From Anaeromyxobacteraceae bacterium (GTDB lineage: Bacteria > Myxococcota > Myxococcia > Myxococcales > Anaeromyxobacteraceae): a stretch of DNA of 64,000 bases. Of this stretch, positions 1 to 9,917 are shown in pieces (positions within the stretch are counted from its first letter, which is position 1; every line of letters begins with the position of its first letter). The stretch spans positions 1,056,001 to 1,120,000 of the forward strand of contig JAULAX010000015.1 of NCBI GenBank assembly GCA_032654565.1, read 5' to 3'. The position numbers and the translations under genes were made by a program. The notes under the pieces were generated by a model that did not search any database, was not told the DNA's origin, and was given only the letters and a program-made list of their open reading frames with translations.

Positions 1-2962
1 CAGCCGCGCCAACGGCCGGTTCGCCATGCTGCCGCTGCCGGTGGGCCGGCACACGCTGATGTTCCGCAAGGGCAAGGAGCGGGCCCTGCAGCGAGAGGTG
101 GACGTCGCCTGGGGCAAGGACGGCCAGCCGCAGGGGCTCTGGCTCGGCGACGTGACGGTGCCGGCGGCGGTCACCATCGCCGGCGAATGCGAGACCACCG
201 ACGGGAGCTGGCTGGCCGAGAACGGCGTCGCCGTCGACGAGGTGAGCGGCGACGTGGTCACCATCCACGGCGACTGGGAGTACGGTGACTTCGCCTTCGA
301 GGGGCTCTCGATCGGCCAGCACCGGATCCGGGTCTTCGCCAGCGACGAGTTCGGCGACCCCTGGGTGGGCGGCCCGGTCGAGGTGACGCTGCTGCCCTCC
401 GACGCCGGCACCCGAAAGACCCTGACCCGCCTCACGCTCCACCGGGTCGGCGACCCCGCCACCGACACCGGGCTGGTCAGGCTCAAGTTCAGCGTCGCCG
501 GCGCCCGCGACGTCGCCAACCTGAAGCTGTCCGACCTGACCGTGACCGGGCTGCCGCCGGGCACCAGCTTCGGCTCCGACGGCGTGGCCCAGGTGGACCT
601 GCCGGAGGGGCTCTGGACGGTGGCCATCAAGCTGCCGGCCGGCTTCGACCAGGTGCTGCCGCCGCGGCCCGTCACCTTCGTGGCGGTCAAGGGGAAGACC
701 CTCGACCTCGGCACCCTCTACGCCGTGGCCCCGGACGCCACCAGCAAGGCCACCCGCGGCTGCCACACCGACGCCGACTGCGCCCCGGGCGCCTGCGGCT
801 CGGGCGGGATCTGCGACGCCGGCTACGTGGCGCCGGTGCAGGCCTCCGCCAGCCTGCCCTGGTGCGACCTGAGCACCAGCGCCTGCACCGTGGGCCCCTA
901 CCGCGGGGTCTGGGGCTGGAACGGCACCGCCTACGGCTACGGCCCGCCCTACACCGCCACCTGCGCCAGCTACGCCGACGGCACCGCCACCGTGGCCGTG
1001 GCCTGCGGCGCCTCCTGCACCCCCGACGGGCTCACCATCCTCGAGGGCACGCCGACCATGCCGGGCTGCCTCCCGGTCGTCCCGCTGGTGGTCACGCCGT
1101 CCAGCGCCATCCGCCCGGGCGACTGCTCGGCGTTCGACGTGATCACCTTCACCGCAACCGGGGGAACCCCGCCCTACGTCTGGCCCCAGCCCATGCAGCC
1201 GTCGGTCGACGGCTCCTCCGCCACCTGGGACGCCTGCGACAGGTCCGAGCGCGACTACCCTCTCCAGGTCACCGACTCGGGCAGCCCGCCTCAGTCCGTC
1301 GTCGTCACCGCCACGGTCGATTGGCCCCCACGCGTCAGCTCGGCCTCCCCGTACTGGGGCCAGATGGCGGTCCCGGTCACGTCGGTCATCCAGGCCACCT
1401 TCAACGAGCCGCTGGCCCCGGCCTCTGTCAGCGACGCCGCCATCACCGTCTCCGTCCTCGGCGCCCCGGTGATCGGCAGTGTGACGCTGGACGCGCCGGG
1501 GACCACCCTCACCTTCACGCCCATCGATCCGCTGCCGACCGACGCCATGGTCGACGTGACCGTCAACACCACCGTCACGGACCTGCTGGGGATCTCGCCG
1601 TCCTATCCGGATTCCTGGTACTTCAACACGGTCACCTCGACCAAGGCCATCAGCAGCTTCTCGCTGGCCGGCGTGGCCGGGACCATCGACGAGGCGGGCA
1701 AGACCGTCTCCGTCACCCTCCCGGCCGGCACCGCCGTCACCGCGCTGGTCGCCACCTACACCAGCACCGGCGTCGGCGTCGCCGTCGGCGCCACGCCGCA
1801 GGTGAGCGGCACCACCGCCAACGACTTCACCCTCCCCGTCACCTACGTGGTCACCGCCGAGGATGGCAGCACGGCCAGCTACCTGGTCACGGTCACCGCG
1901 CCGGCGCTGGTGGGCAACACCTGGTCGCCCACCTCCACGCTCGGAGCGCCCGCGGCGAGCGGGGCCTCCGTGGTCTGGACGGGGACCCAGCTGATCGTCT
2001 GGGGCGGGACCGTGGCGGCCCTGCCGACCAACACCGGCGGCCGGTACGACCTGGCGGCCGACGCCTGGACGCCCACCTCCACGACCGGCGCACCCACCGC
2101 GAGGTCCGTCGCCGGTGCGGCCTGGACCGGGACCGAGCTGATCGTCTGGGGTGGCTTCGACGGGGCCAACCGGCTCAACAGCGGCGGCCGCTACGTCCCG
2201 GCCACCGACACCTGGTCGGGCATGTCCACCCTGAACGCCCCTTCGCCCAGGTTTGGCCACTCCATGCTCTGGACCGGGACCGAGCTGATCGTCTGGGGCG
2301 GGAACGACGGCAACAGCATCGTCGGCAACTTCGGCACCACCAACACCGGCGCCCGCTACGACCCGGCCACCGACCTCTGGACGCCCCTGTCCACGGCCGG
2401 CGCGCCCACCGGAAGGTTCAAGGCCCCCGCCGTCTGGACCGGGACCGAGCTGATCGTCTGGGGCGGGGACAGCGGCAACGGCTACCTCGCCTCCGGCGGC
2501 CGCTATGTCGTGGCCTCCGACACCTGGACCGCCACCGCCACGCTGGGTGCCCCGGTGGCGCTCGACCAGCACTCCGCGGTCTGGACCGGCACCGAGATGA
2601 TCGTCTGGGGCGGGGAGGACCAGAGCTACAAGCCTCAGGGCTCCGGCAGCCGCTACGCCCCGGCCACCGACAGCTGGGCTCCGGTCTCGCTGACCGGGGC
2701 GCCCGCGGCGCGACGCACGCACACCGCGGTCTGGACCGGGACAGAGATGATCGTCTGGGGGGGGTGGAACGGGACCGCGGTCATCGACAGCGGCGGCCGC
2801 TACCTGCCGGCCTCCGACAGCTGGACCTCGACCACGCTCACCGCCGCCCCTTCGGCCAGGTTCGACCACGCCGCGGTCTGGACCGGGGCGGTGATGGTGG
2901 TCTGGGGCGGGAGCGACGGCCTCGGGGTCCCGGCCACAGCCGGCGGGCGCTACACGCCCTGA
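1..2962 (+). CDS. Large surface/secreted protein, 5' partial: Cys-rich segment, Ig-like (Big_5-like) domains, C-terminal Kelch/beta-propeller
   Basis: Frame open from the window edge; 'ATFNEPL..SV' Ig-like motif; seven 'VWTGxE(L/M)IVWGG...GGRY' blades. Confidence 0.8.
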   Translation, partial: SRANGRFAMLPLPVGRHTLMFRKGKERALQREVDVAWGKDGQPQGLWLGDVTVPAAVTIAGECETTDGSWLAENGVAVDEVSGDVVTIHGDWEYGDFAFEGLSIGQHRIRVFASDEFGDPWVGGPVEVTLLPSDAGTRKTLTRLTLHRVGDPATDTGLVRLKFSVAGARDVANLKLSDLTVTGLPPGTSFGSDGVAQVDLPEGLWTVAIKLPAGFDQVLPPRPVTFVAVKGKTLDLGTLYAVAPDATSKATRGCHTDADCAPGACGSGGICDAGYVAPVQASASLPWCDLSTSACTVGPYRGVWGWNGTAYGYGPPYTATCASYADGTATVAVACGASCTPDGLTILEGTPTMPGCLPVVPLVVTPSSAIRPGDCSAFDVITFTATGGTPPYVWPQPMQPSVDGSSATWDACDRSERDYPLQVTDSGSPPQSVVVTATVDWPPRVSSASPYWGQMAVPVTSVIQATFNEPLAPASVSDAAITVSVLGAPVIGSVTLDAPGTTLTFTPIDPLPTDAMVDVTVNTTVTDLLGISPSYPDSWYFNTVTSTKAISSFSLAGVAGTIDEAGKTVSVTLPAGTAVTALVATYTSTGVGVAVGATPQVSGTTANDFTLPVTYVVTAEDGSTASYLVTVTAPALVGNTWSPTSTLGAPAASGASVVWTGTQLIVWGGTVAALPTNTGGRYDLAADAWTPTSTTGAPTARSVAGAAWTGTELIVWGGFDGANRLNSGGRYVPATDTWSGMSTLNAPSPRFGHSMLWTGTELIVWGGNDGNSIVGNFGTTNTGARYDPATDLWTPLSTAGAPTGRFKAPAVWTGTELIVWGGDSGNGYLASGGRYVVASDTWTATATLGAPVALDQHSAVWTGTEMIVWGGEDQSYKPQGSGSRYAPATDSWAPVSLTGAPAARRTHTAVWTGTEMIVWGGWNGTAVIDSGGRYLPASDSWTSTTLTAAPSARFDHAAVWTGAVMVVWGGSDGLGVPATAGGRYTP

Positions 2963-3062
2963 GCGGCGCTCCGCGTCCGGCACCGGCAGCAAGCACCGCA
3001 GCCGCGGCGAGGCGAGCCGGCCCAGCCGGCCGGCCTCGAGTCGGGCCGGTCGTCCGGGAAGG

Positions 3063-3593
3063 TCACGTCGCCGTGGAGAGCGCCGCCAGCGTCGCCTGCC
3101 ACCCGGCGCTGAGGCCGGCCTGGCGCGCCCCCTTCACCATCACCGCCAGGTAGGTGGGGGAGGGGGTGGCCTCGGCGGGGAGCCGGCGGCTGGCCGCGGC
3201 CCGGAAGGCCACCGCCGGGACCGGCGCCGAGCCGTCCAGCGGCTCCAGCGTCACCTCGACGGCGGTGTAGAGGCCGGAGACCGCCCCCTCCTTGTGCTCC
3301 ACCAGCCCCCGGGCCGCCCCCGGCATGGGGAGGGCCAGCCCCTCCACCTGCTGCCCGGGCGCCTCGGCCAGGCTGGCCACCGCGCCTCCCCAGAACTTGG
3401 AGACCACGTCGAAGCTGAGCCGCCAGCCGGTGAGCCGGGCCGGCCGGGCCCGGGCGAAGTCGGGGACCTGGTAGCCGTGGGCCACGGCCCACTCGGCGAA
3501 GGCGGCGCGGTCGAGGGAGGAGCCGTAGACGAACCAGGTGAAGTCGGTGCCGGCGGCGGCCTCGTGGGCCTTGCCGAAGATGGGGATGGGCAT
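3063..3593 (-). CDS. Gamma-glutamylcyclotransferase (AIG2-like) family protein
   Basis: 'WFVYGSSL' N-terminal motif, 'VEG', 'KEG' and 'PSPTYL' motifs. Confidence 0.8.
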   Translation of the reverse strand: MPIPIFGKAHEAAAGTDFTWFVYGSSLDRAAFAEWAVAHGYQVPDFARARPARLTGWRLSFDVVSKFWGGAVASLAEAPGQQVEGLALPMPGAARGLVEHKEGAVSGLYTAVEVTLEPLDGSAPVPAVAFRAAASRRLPAEATPSPTYLAVMVKGARQAGLSAGWQATLAALSTAT

Positions 3594-3634
3594 GTGGCCC
3601 GGGATCTAACCGGACCGGGCCCCGCCGGCCGGGA

Positions 3635-4210
3635 TTACTCGGTGAGCCCCTGCTCCTTCACCAGCCGCGCCAGGTCGGTCTTGAGCCGCTCGTAGCGCTT
3701 GCGGACGGTGGCCGCCTCGACCGCCGGCCCGTTCCCGGAGAGCACCTCGGCCACCTCGTTCCAGCCCAGCTGCTGGTCGAGCCGCAGGAAGAGCAGGGTC
3801 TGCTCCTCGGGGGTCAGCGTGGCGCGAAGCTTGTCGAGACCGCGCCGGTGCACCTCGTCGCGCACCACCGACCGGGTGCGGATGTCGGCCGCCAGCCCCG
3901 AGGCCTCGCCGCTCTCCAGCCGGCGCCCCAGCCGCCGGAAGGTGTCGGAGCGGACGTGCATCGCCGAGCACCAGGCCAGCTTGTAGGCCCAGGTCTTGAA
4001 GGAGGCCTCGCCGCGGTAGCTGCCGATCCCGCGCCAGAGGTCCTCGGCGAAGTTGGAGAAGGCGTCGGCGGCGTCGTTGTCGTCGCGGAGGATGGAGCGC
4101 AGGTAGCCGAGCACCTTGGGACCGAAGCCCTGGATGGCCGCGGTGGCGGCGCCGCGCAGGTCTCCCGCGGCAAGCAGCTCCTGGACCTTCGCCTCGACGG
4201 CCATACCCAT
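3635..4210 (-). CDS. ECF RNA polymerase sigma factor
   Basis: Region 2 'DAADAFS..LWRGIGSYRGEASFKTWAYKLA'; region 4 'LTPEEQTLLFLR..LGWNEVAEVL'. Confidence 0.9.
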   Translation of the reverse strand: MGMAVEAKVQELLAAGDLRGAATAAIQGFGPKVLGYLRSILRDDNDAADAFSNFAEDLWRGIGSYRGEASFKTWAYKLAWCSAMHVRSDTFRRLGRRLESGEASGLAADIRTRSVVRDEVHRRGLDKLRATLTPEEQTLLFLRLDQQLGWNEVAEVLSGNGPAVEAATVRKRYERLKTDLARLVKEQGLTE

Positions 4211-4367
4211 ATGGTACCCGCCCGACGGACCTCGATCGAGCGGAACCGGCCGAAAAGGTAAGCGGCGAGGGCCCGGACCTCCAGAGGTGGACCCGGACCC
4301 TCGCGCTCACGGCGGCCCCCCGCCACGAAAGCGGTCAGCCCCAGAGCCCCCCGGCTCTGTATGTGGA

Positions 4368-4392
4368 GACCGGGCACGGCCGCCGATGTGAC
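4368..4392 (-). promoter_or_regulatory. Putative ECF promoter GTCAC-N15-CGGTC upstream of the sigma factor gene
   Basis: + strand reads GACCG-N15-GTGAC; same bipartite motif and spacing at 5466-5490. Confidence 0.55.
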
Positions 4393-4491
4393 GGCCCCCG
4401 GAAGAAATTCTGGGTGGCCGGCGTCACCGACCCCGGAGGGGCTGCCGGGGACCTCCGGCGGCGCGCCGCGCGGGGCCCGCAGGTCCCTCGA

Positions 4492-5427
4492 TCAGATGAC
4501 GCTGGAGAAGAGCCCACGCCATGGCCAGCGGCCGGAGAGGCCGCTCCGCACCGCGGAGAGCTCGTCGAGCCACTCGGCCGCCGACGGGGGGCGGTCGCCG
4601 GGGTCGGGCGACAGCCCGGCGGCGAGGAGCCGGCGCAGCCGCCGGGGCAGGGCCACGCCGGTGGGGTGGGCGGCCCGGCCGGCGCCGGCGGTGGCGGTGA
4701 GCATCTGCTGGAGGACGGCGGTGAGGGCGTACAGGTCGCTCCGCTCGTCCCCCGGCCAGCCGGCCTGCTGCTCCGGGGAGACCTCCGGCCCGGCGTCGTC
4801 CCCGGCGCCGGAGGGGAGGCGTCGCCCCGGCGAGAAGTCGAGGACCTTCACCGCGCCGTCGTCGCAGACGAAGACCTTGGCGGTGGTGAGCCCGCGGTGG
4901 ATCACGCCGACCGCGTGGGCGTGGGCCAGCGCCCGGCCGGCGTCGCCGGCGATGCGGAGCGCGCCGTCGAGGTCGAGCGGCCCGTCCTCGAGGCGGAGCC
5001 GCAGCGTCCGGCCGCGCAGCAGCTCGAACACCAGGTAGGCGCCGGAGTGGCTGGTGCCGACCCCTTGCAGCGCCACGATGTTGGGGTGGTCGAGCCGCTT
5101 GAAGTCGGCCGCCTCCCGCTGCGCCCAGCTGGCCCCCTGCGGCGCGCCCGAGGGGCCGGCGGTGAGCACCTTGATGGCCACCGGCCGCTCCCGCTCCAGG
5201 TCGAGGGCCTCGAACACCACGCCGCTCCGCCCCCGCCCCAGCTCGTGGGCGAGCACGAAGCGGCCCAGCCTGGCGCCCGGGACCAGCCGCGGCCCGAGCC
5301 CGCTGGTCAGGTCGATCTCCGGGGCGCGGACCAGGTAGGCCAGCAGCCGGCTCATCGAGTCGGACGGGCGGACCGGCCCGGGCGACGGCGAGGGCAGCGG
5401 CGTGATGCGTGGGCGCTGGATGGGCAT
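4492..5427 (-). CDS. Hanks-type Ser/Thr kinase-like protein, probable pseudokinase
   Basis: LGRGRSGVVF and VAIKV present, but catalytic loop reads HRGLTTAKV and DFG reads DFS. Confidence 0.85.
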   Translation of the reverse strand: MPIQRPRITPLPSPSPGPVRPSDSMSRLLAYLVRAPEIDLTSGLGPRLVPGARLGRFVLAHELGRGRSGVVFEALDLERERPVAIKVLTAGPSGAPQGASWAQREAADFKRLDHPNIVALQGVGTSHSGAYLVFELLRGRTLRLRLEDGPLDLDGALRIAGDAGRALAHAHAVGVIHRGLTTAKVFVCDDGAVKVLDFSPGRRLPSGAGDDAGPEVSPEQQAGWPGDERSDLYALTAVLQQMLTATAGAGRAAHPTGVALPRRLRRLLAAGLSPDPGDRPPSAAEWLDELSAVRSGLSGRWPWRGLFSSVI

Positions 5428-5465
5428 GGCGGTCGGGTCAGGGCTCGGAGAGCCCCTTCTGGGTT

Positions 5466-5490
5466 GACCGCCGCCGACACCAAACGTGAC
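5466..5490 (-). promoter_or_regulatory. Putative ECF promoter GTCAC-N15-CGGTC upstream of the kinase-like gene
   Basis: Second copy of the motif, about 40 nt upstream of the start codon. Confidence 0.55.
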
Positions 5491-5494
5491 AGGG

Positions 5495-5516
5495 GATCCG
5501 GGGGACCCCCCGGATC
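5495..5516 (-). terminator. GC hairpin at the Smr stop codon
   Basis: GATCCGGGGG / CCCCCGGATC inverted repeat; no U tract. Confidence 0.35.
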
Positions 5517-6177
5517 AGCGCCCGGGGCGACGCAGCAGGACGTAGAGCGCCCCGGCGCCGCCGTCGGCGGGGCGGGCCGAGGCGAAGGCCAGGACCGACC
5601 GTCCGAACTCCCCGGCGGCGAGCCAGCCGTGGAGCGCCTCCTTGAGCACCGGCAGCTGGGACTCGGAGTGCCGCCCCCGGCCATGGACCAGCAGGACGCA
5701 GCGTCGTCCCCCGAGCCGCTCCTGGCGGAGGAACCGCTCCACCGCGCCGCGCGCCTCGTCGCGGGTGAGCCCGTGCAGGTCGAGCCGCGCCTCCACCGGG
5801 TAGTCGCCGCGCTTCAGCCCCCGGACCAGGCCGGCGTCGAGCCCGGCCACCGACCCCTCCAGCCGCGAGTCGCCGGAGGCGAGGTCGAAGCGGGGCGGCT
5901 CGCCCCCCAGCGCCTGCGGCGGGTCCACCAGCGCCAGGTCGGCGAGCCGGGCGCGCCCCTTCGGCGAGCGCGGGGACGGCGTGGGGACCAGGTCGGGGCC
6001 GGCCAGCACCGGGGTGGCGCCGGCCGTGGCCCGGGCCCAGAGCTCGGCCTCGGTGGGCGGTCGGGGCGGCGGCGGGGCGGGGGGCGCCGCGGGCTTCGGC
6101 GCCGGCGCCTGCCTCCGGAGCTCCCTGGCCCGACCGGCCAGCTCCTCGAAGGGGGCGTGGAACGGCTTCTTCTTCAC
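5515..6177 (-). CDS. Smr/MutS2-domain endonuclease
   Basis: 'RLDLHGLT', 'VHGRG', '[10 protein letters not shown]'; GTG start 6 nt after TATAGT. Confidence 0.9.
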   Translation of the reverse strand: MKKKPFHAPFEELAGRARELRRQAPAPKPAAPPAPPPPRPPTEAELWARATAGATPVLAGPDLVPTPSPRSPKGRARLADLALVDPPQALGGEPPRFDLASGDSRLEGSVAGLDAGLVRGLKRGDYPVEARLDLHGLTRDEARGAVERFLRQERLGGRRCVLLVHGRGRHSESQLPVLKEALHGWLAAGEFGRSVLAFASARPADGGAGALYVLLRRPGR

Positions 6178-6197
6178 GCCCGGACTATAACCGGCAC

Positions 6198-6380
6198 ATG
6201 CCCTACGACGTCGAGTGCCCACGCTGCGGCGCCTGGGTCACCCTCTTCATCGACCCCCGGGGCGGTGACCGGCAGGAGCGCGAGGAGGCCTGCCCGGAGT
6301 GCGGCGAGCCCTGGATGGTGGTGGCGGTGGAGGAGGAGCGGGGCGGCTTCGCGGTCGGGGTGGCGCGGATCGGGGAGTGA
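6198..6380 (+). CDS. Small CPxCG cysteine-rich (zinc-ribbon) protein
   Basis: Two motifs, CPRCG and CPECG. Confidence 0.75.
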   Translation: MPYDVECPRCGAWVTLFIDPRGGDRQEREEACPECGEPWMVVAVEEERGGFAVGVARIGE

Positions 6381-6424
6381 GCGATCAGCTCGATCCGGTC
6401 GAGCGGCCGGCGGGCCCGGGGCGC

Positions 6425-6967
6425 TCACGTCGCGGCGCGACGACGCCTCTTCCGCGGCGCGCTCCGCCGCCCCTCGGCGCGCAGCCGCAGCGCCTCGGAC
6501 CGGAACTGGAGCGCGGCCCGCCGCACGTAGTCGGCCAGCAGGGCCCGCTGGGCCGGGTCATACTCGGCATCGAGGGCCTGCAGCGACCGGACCAGGGGCT
6601 CGTTGAGCGCGATGATCGGGCCGAGCCGCTCCACGCGCAGCGTGACGATGACCCGCCGCCGATCACCGGGGTCGGCCGTCCGCTTCGCGAAGCCGACCCG
6701 CTCCAGCCGGTCGAGGCTCCCGGTGACCGCGCCGGTGGTGAGCCCGGTGGCCTCGGCCAGCTGGCCGGCGGTGCGCGGCCCGTGGACCGCCAGGACCGAG
6801 GCCACCACCAGATCGGAGCGGGCCAGCCCGAGCCGGCCCGCCATCACCTGCTCCAGCAGCCCGGCCGCTTCCCCCAGCTCGTGCAGCACCCGGGCCGGGG
6901 CGTCGGGTGGGCCCGGGGGGGCCAGGGAGTCGAGTGATTCCAAGGGTCGTCGAGGGGTCCTTGACAT
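6425..6967 (-). CDS. MarR family transcriptional regulator
   Basis: 'TAGQLAEATGLTTGAVTGSLDRLE..G...R..DPGDRR' winged HTH. Confidence 0.92.
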   Translation of the reverse strand: MSRTPRRPLESLDSLAPPGPPDAPARVLHELGEAAGLLEQVMAGRLGLARSDLVVASVLAVHGPRTAGQLAEATGLTTGAVTGSLDRLERVGFAKRTADPGDRRRVIVTLRVERLGPIIALNEPLVRSLQALDAEYDPAQRALLADYVRRAALQFRSEALRLRAEGRRSAPRKRRRRAAT

Positions 6968-7014
6968 GGCGGATCGTTCTGTTTAGTAAGTCATCATCTT
7001 AGTGGCTAAGTCAA
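6961..7014. promoter_or_regulatory. Divergent promoter region with MarR-type operator
   Basis: AT-rich; TTGACA at 6961; inverted repeat CTTAG-tgg-CTAAG at 6998-7010. Confidence 0.6.
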
Positions 7015-7061
7015 GCCCGGAACCACCCGGGCCGGCGCAGCAGCCTCCACCGGAGCACCCC

Positions 7062-7760
7062 ATGTCGATCATCACGGTCCGCGACGTCACCAAGGACTAC
7101 CTGCTGGGCAAGACCCAGGTGCACGCCCTGCGCGGCGTCACCCTCACCGTCGACCAGGGCGAGTTCCTCTCGGTGGCCGGCCCCTCCGGCTCGGGCAAGA
7201 CCACGCTGCTCAACCTCATCGGCTGCGTCGACACCCCCACCACCGGCGTCGTCGAGGTGGCCGGCCAGGACACCTCGAAGCTCACCGAGCGGGCCCTCAC
7301 CGACCTGCGGCTCCACCAGATCGGCTTCATCTTCCAGAGCTTCAACCTGGTGCAGGTGCTCTCGGTCTTCCAGAACATCGAGTTCCCCCTGCTGCTGCAG
7401 GGCGGGCTGACCCGGGCCGAGCGGGCCAGCCGGGTCAACGGGCTGCTGGAGGCGGTCGGCATCCCCGAGTACGGGCGCCACCGGCCCAGCGAGCTCTCCG
7501 GCGGGCAGCGGCAGCGGGTGGCGGTGGCCCGGGCGCTGGTGACCCGGCCGGCGCTGGTGCTGGCCGACGAGCCGACCGCCAACCTCGACTCGCAGACCGG
7601 GCAGAACATCATCGACCTGATGCGCGACATGAACCGGAAGGACGGCACCACCTTCGTCTTCTCCACCCACGATCCCAAGGTGATGGCCCACGCCAACGCC
7701 ATCGTCCGCATCGCCGACGGCGTGGTGACCGGTCGCGAGCCGGTCGGCGCCACCGCCTGA
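7062..7760 (+). CDS. ABC transporter ATP-binding protein (LolD/MacB-like)
   Basis: GPSGSGKT, LSGGQRQR, LADEPT; GGAG RBS before ATG 7062. Confidence 0.95.
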   Translation: MSIITVRDVTKDYLLGKTQVHALRGVTLTVDQGEFLSVAGPSGSGKTTLLNLIGCVDTPTTGVVEVAGQDTSKLTERALTDLRLHQIGFIFQSFNLVQVLSVFQNIEFPLLLQGGLTRAERASRVNGLLEAVGIPEYGRHRPSELSGGQRQRVAVARALVTRPALVLADEPTANLDSQTGQNIIDLMRDMNRKDGTTFVFSTHDPKVMAHANAIVRIADGVVTGREPVGATA

Positions 7761-7770
7761 GGACGCCGCC

Positions 7771-9915
7771 ATGTCCGCCCGCCTCGACGCCACCCGCGTC
7801 CTCCTCCGCATCGCCTTCCGCAACCTGGTGGCCAGCCGGGTGCGGACGGTGATCATCGGCCTCATCGTCCTGGTCGGCGCCCTCATCGTGGTGGTGGGGG
7901 CCTCGCTGATGGACAGCATCGACCGGGGCATGCGCACCTCCATCCAGGGCAGCCTGGGCGGGCAGCTGCAGGTCTACCAGTCCACCTCGGAGGGGCAGCT
8001 GGAGCTCTACGGCGGCCTGCGCGGCGAGTCGCTGCTCGACCCCATCCCCGACTTCGCCAGGGTCAAGCAGGTGCTCTCCGGGGTGCCCAACGTCAAGATG
8101 ATCGTCCCCATGGGGATCGACCAGGCGCTGGTGGCCACCGGCAACGCCTTCGACGTCACCCTGGCCAGGCTGCGCGACGACGTGCGCCGGCTGCAGGCCG
8201 AGCCCGGCGACGCCGGGGCCCGGCGCGGCCTGGAGGCGCGGCAGGCCCACGTCCGTCGCCTCATCGCCCTGCTCTCCGAGGAGCTCAACCAGGCCCGGGT
8301 GCTGGTCGACCCCAACGGCCGCGACGCCGCCATGCGCCGGGCCCAGCGGGCCGACCTGGACCGGGCCGCGGCGCCCGCCTTCTGGACCGAGTTCGAGCGC
8401 GACCGGCTGGCCGGCCTGGAGTTCCTCGAGAACAAGGTGGCGCCGCTGGCCATGGACTCCGGCTTCACCTTCATCCGCTACGTCGGCACCGACGTCGACG
8501 CCTTCATGAAGGCCTTCGACCTCGCCGAGATCGCCGAGGGCCAGGTGGTCCCCCCGGGGCAGCGCGGCATCCTGCTCGGCAAGCAGTACGCCGAGGAGTG
8601 GCTGAAGCTGAAGAACGCCCGCCGGCTCGACCAGATCAAGGACAAGCGCGACCGCTTCCACGCCCGCATCGCCAAGGAGGAGGAGCTGCAGCGCTGGGTG
8701 AAGGACACCCGGAGCCGGGCCCGCGAGATCCTGGTCCAGCTCGACCCGCTGCAGGCGGCCGAGGCGGAGCGGCGGCTGCGGCCGGCGCTCAGGGCGCCCG
8801 AGGGCGAGGCCCTGCCGGCGCTGCTGGCGCGGCTCTTCGACCTCGACGACGCCAACTTCGACGACCACTACCGGATCTTCTACGCCGAGCTGGCCCCGCT
8901 GCTGCGCCTCTACCAGATCAGCGTCGGCGACGTCATCACCATCAAGGCCCCGGGCAAGACCGGCGCCTTCAACGCCGTCAACGTCAAGGTGTACGGCTTC
9001 ATCCAGTTCAAGGGGATCGAGAAGTCGGGCATCGCCGGCACCACCAGCGTCATGGACCTGCAGTCGTTCCGCGACCTCTACGGCTACGTCACCCGGGAGA
9101 AGGCCGAGGAGTCGTCGCGGATCCGGGCCCGCATGGGCGCCACCGCCGTCTCGCGGGAGGACGCCGAGGCGGCGCTCTTCGGCGGCGGGGCCTCGGCGGC
9201 GCTGGTGGAGACCACCCGGGCCGCGGCCATCGACGAGAAGGCCCTGCTGGCCGGCGTCGCCGACAAGCGCAAGACGGCGCTGGCCGAGGAGACCCGGGCC
9301 TACAGCCAGGAGGAGATCGACGCCGGGGTGGCGCTCAACGCCGCCATCCTGCTCGACGACCCCCGCCGGCTCCGCGAGTCGCAGGCGGCGGTGCAGGCCG
9401 CCGCCGACGCCGCCGGGCTGAAGCTCAAGGTCATCGACTGGGAGGCGGCCTCGGGGATGGTCGGGCAGTTCGTGCTGCTGCTGCGCGGTATCCTCATCTT
9501 CGCGCTGATCATCTTCTTCGGGGTGGCGCTGGTGATCATCAACAACGCCATGGTGATGGCGGCGCTGGCGCGGGTGAAGGAGGTGGGCACCATGCGGGCC
9601 ATCGGCGCCCAGCGGCGCTTCGTGGTGGCCATGCTGCTGGTCGAGATCATCTCGGTCAGCGTGGTCTTCGGCCTGGCCGGCGCCGCCCTGGGCGGCGGGG
9701 TGGTGGCCCTGATCCGCGCCTCCGGCGGCATCCCCGCCACCAGCGACCTGCTCTTCTTCCTCTTCTCCGGCCCGTCGCTGATGCCGCGCATCGGCGGCGC
9801 CAGCGTGGCCGCCTCGCTCATCCTGGTGCTGGGCGTGGCCATCGCCTCCGCCCTCTACCCGGCCTGGATCGCCATGCGGGTCACCCCCGTCGAGGCGATG
9901 TCCACGGAGGACTGA
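7771..9915 (+). CDS. FtsX/MacB-type ABC permease with large periplasmic insertion
   Basis: 'AFRNL' N-terminus, 'RVKEVGTMRAIGA', C-terminal TM helices, 'TPVEAM'. Confidence 0.9.
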   Translation: MSARLDATRVLLRIAFRNLVASRVRTVIIGLIVLVGALIVVVGASLMDSIDRGMRTSIQGSLGGQLQVYQSTSEGQLELYGGLRGESLLDPIPDFARVKQVLSGVPNVKMIVPMGIDQALVATGNAFDVTLARLRDDVRRLQAEPGDAGARRGLEARQAHVRRLIALLSEELNQARVLVDPNGRDAAMRRAQRADLDRAAAPAFWTEFERDRLAGLEFLENKVAPLAMDSGFTFIRYVGTDVDAFMKAFDLAEIAEGQVVPPGQRGILLGKQYAEEWLKLKNARRLDQIKDKRDRFHARIAKEEELQRWVKDTRSRAREILVQLDPLQAAEAERRLRPALRAPEGEALPALLARLFDLDDANFDDHYRIFYAELAPLLRLYQISVGDVITIKAPGKTGAFNAVNVKVYGFIQFKGIEKSGIAGTTSVMDLQSFRDLYGYVTREKAEESSRIRARMGATAVSREDAEAALFGGGASAALVETTRAAAIDEKALLAGVADKRKTALAEETRAYSQEEIDAGVALNAAILLDDPRRLRESQAAVQAAADAAGLKLKVIDWEAASGMVGQFVLLLRGILIFALIIFFGVALVIINNAMVMAALARVKEVGTMRAIGAQRRFVVAMLLVEIISVSVVFGLAGAALGGGVVALIRASGGIPATSDLLFFLFSGPSLMPRIGGASVAASLILVLGVAIASALYPAWIAMRVTPVEAMSTED

Positions 9916-9917
9916 CC

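Noticed and set aside
1960..2960. DNA repeats suggesting a DGR or cassette array
   Set aside because: Explained by Kelch blade repeats; no reverse transcriptase and no separate template repeat
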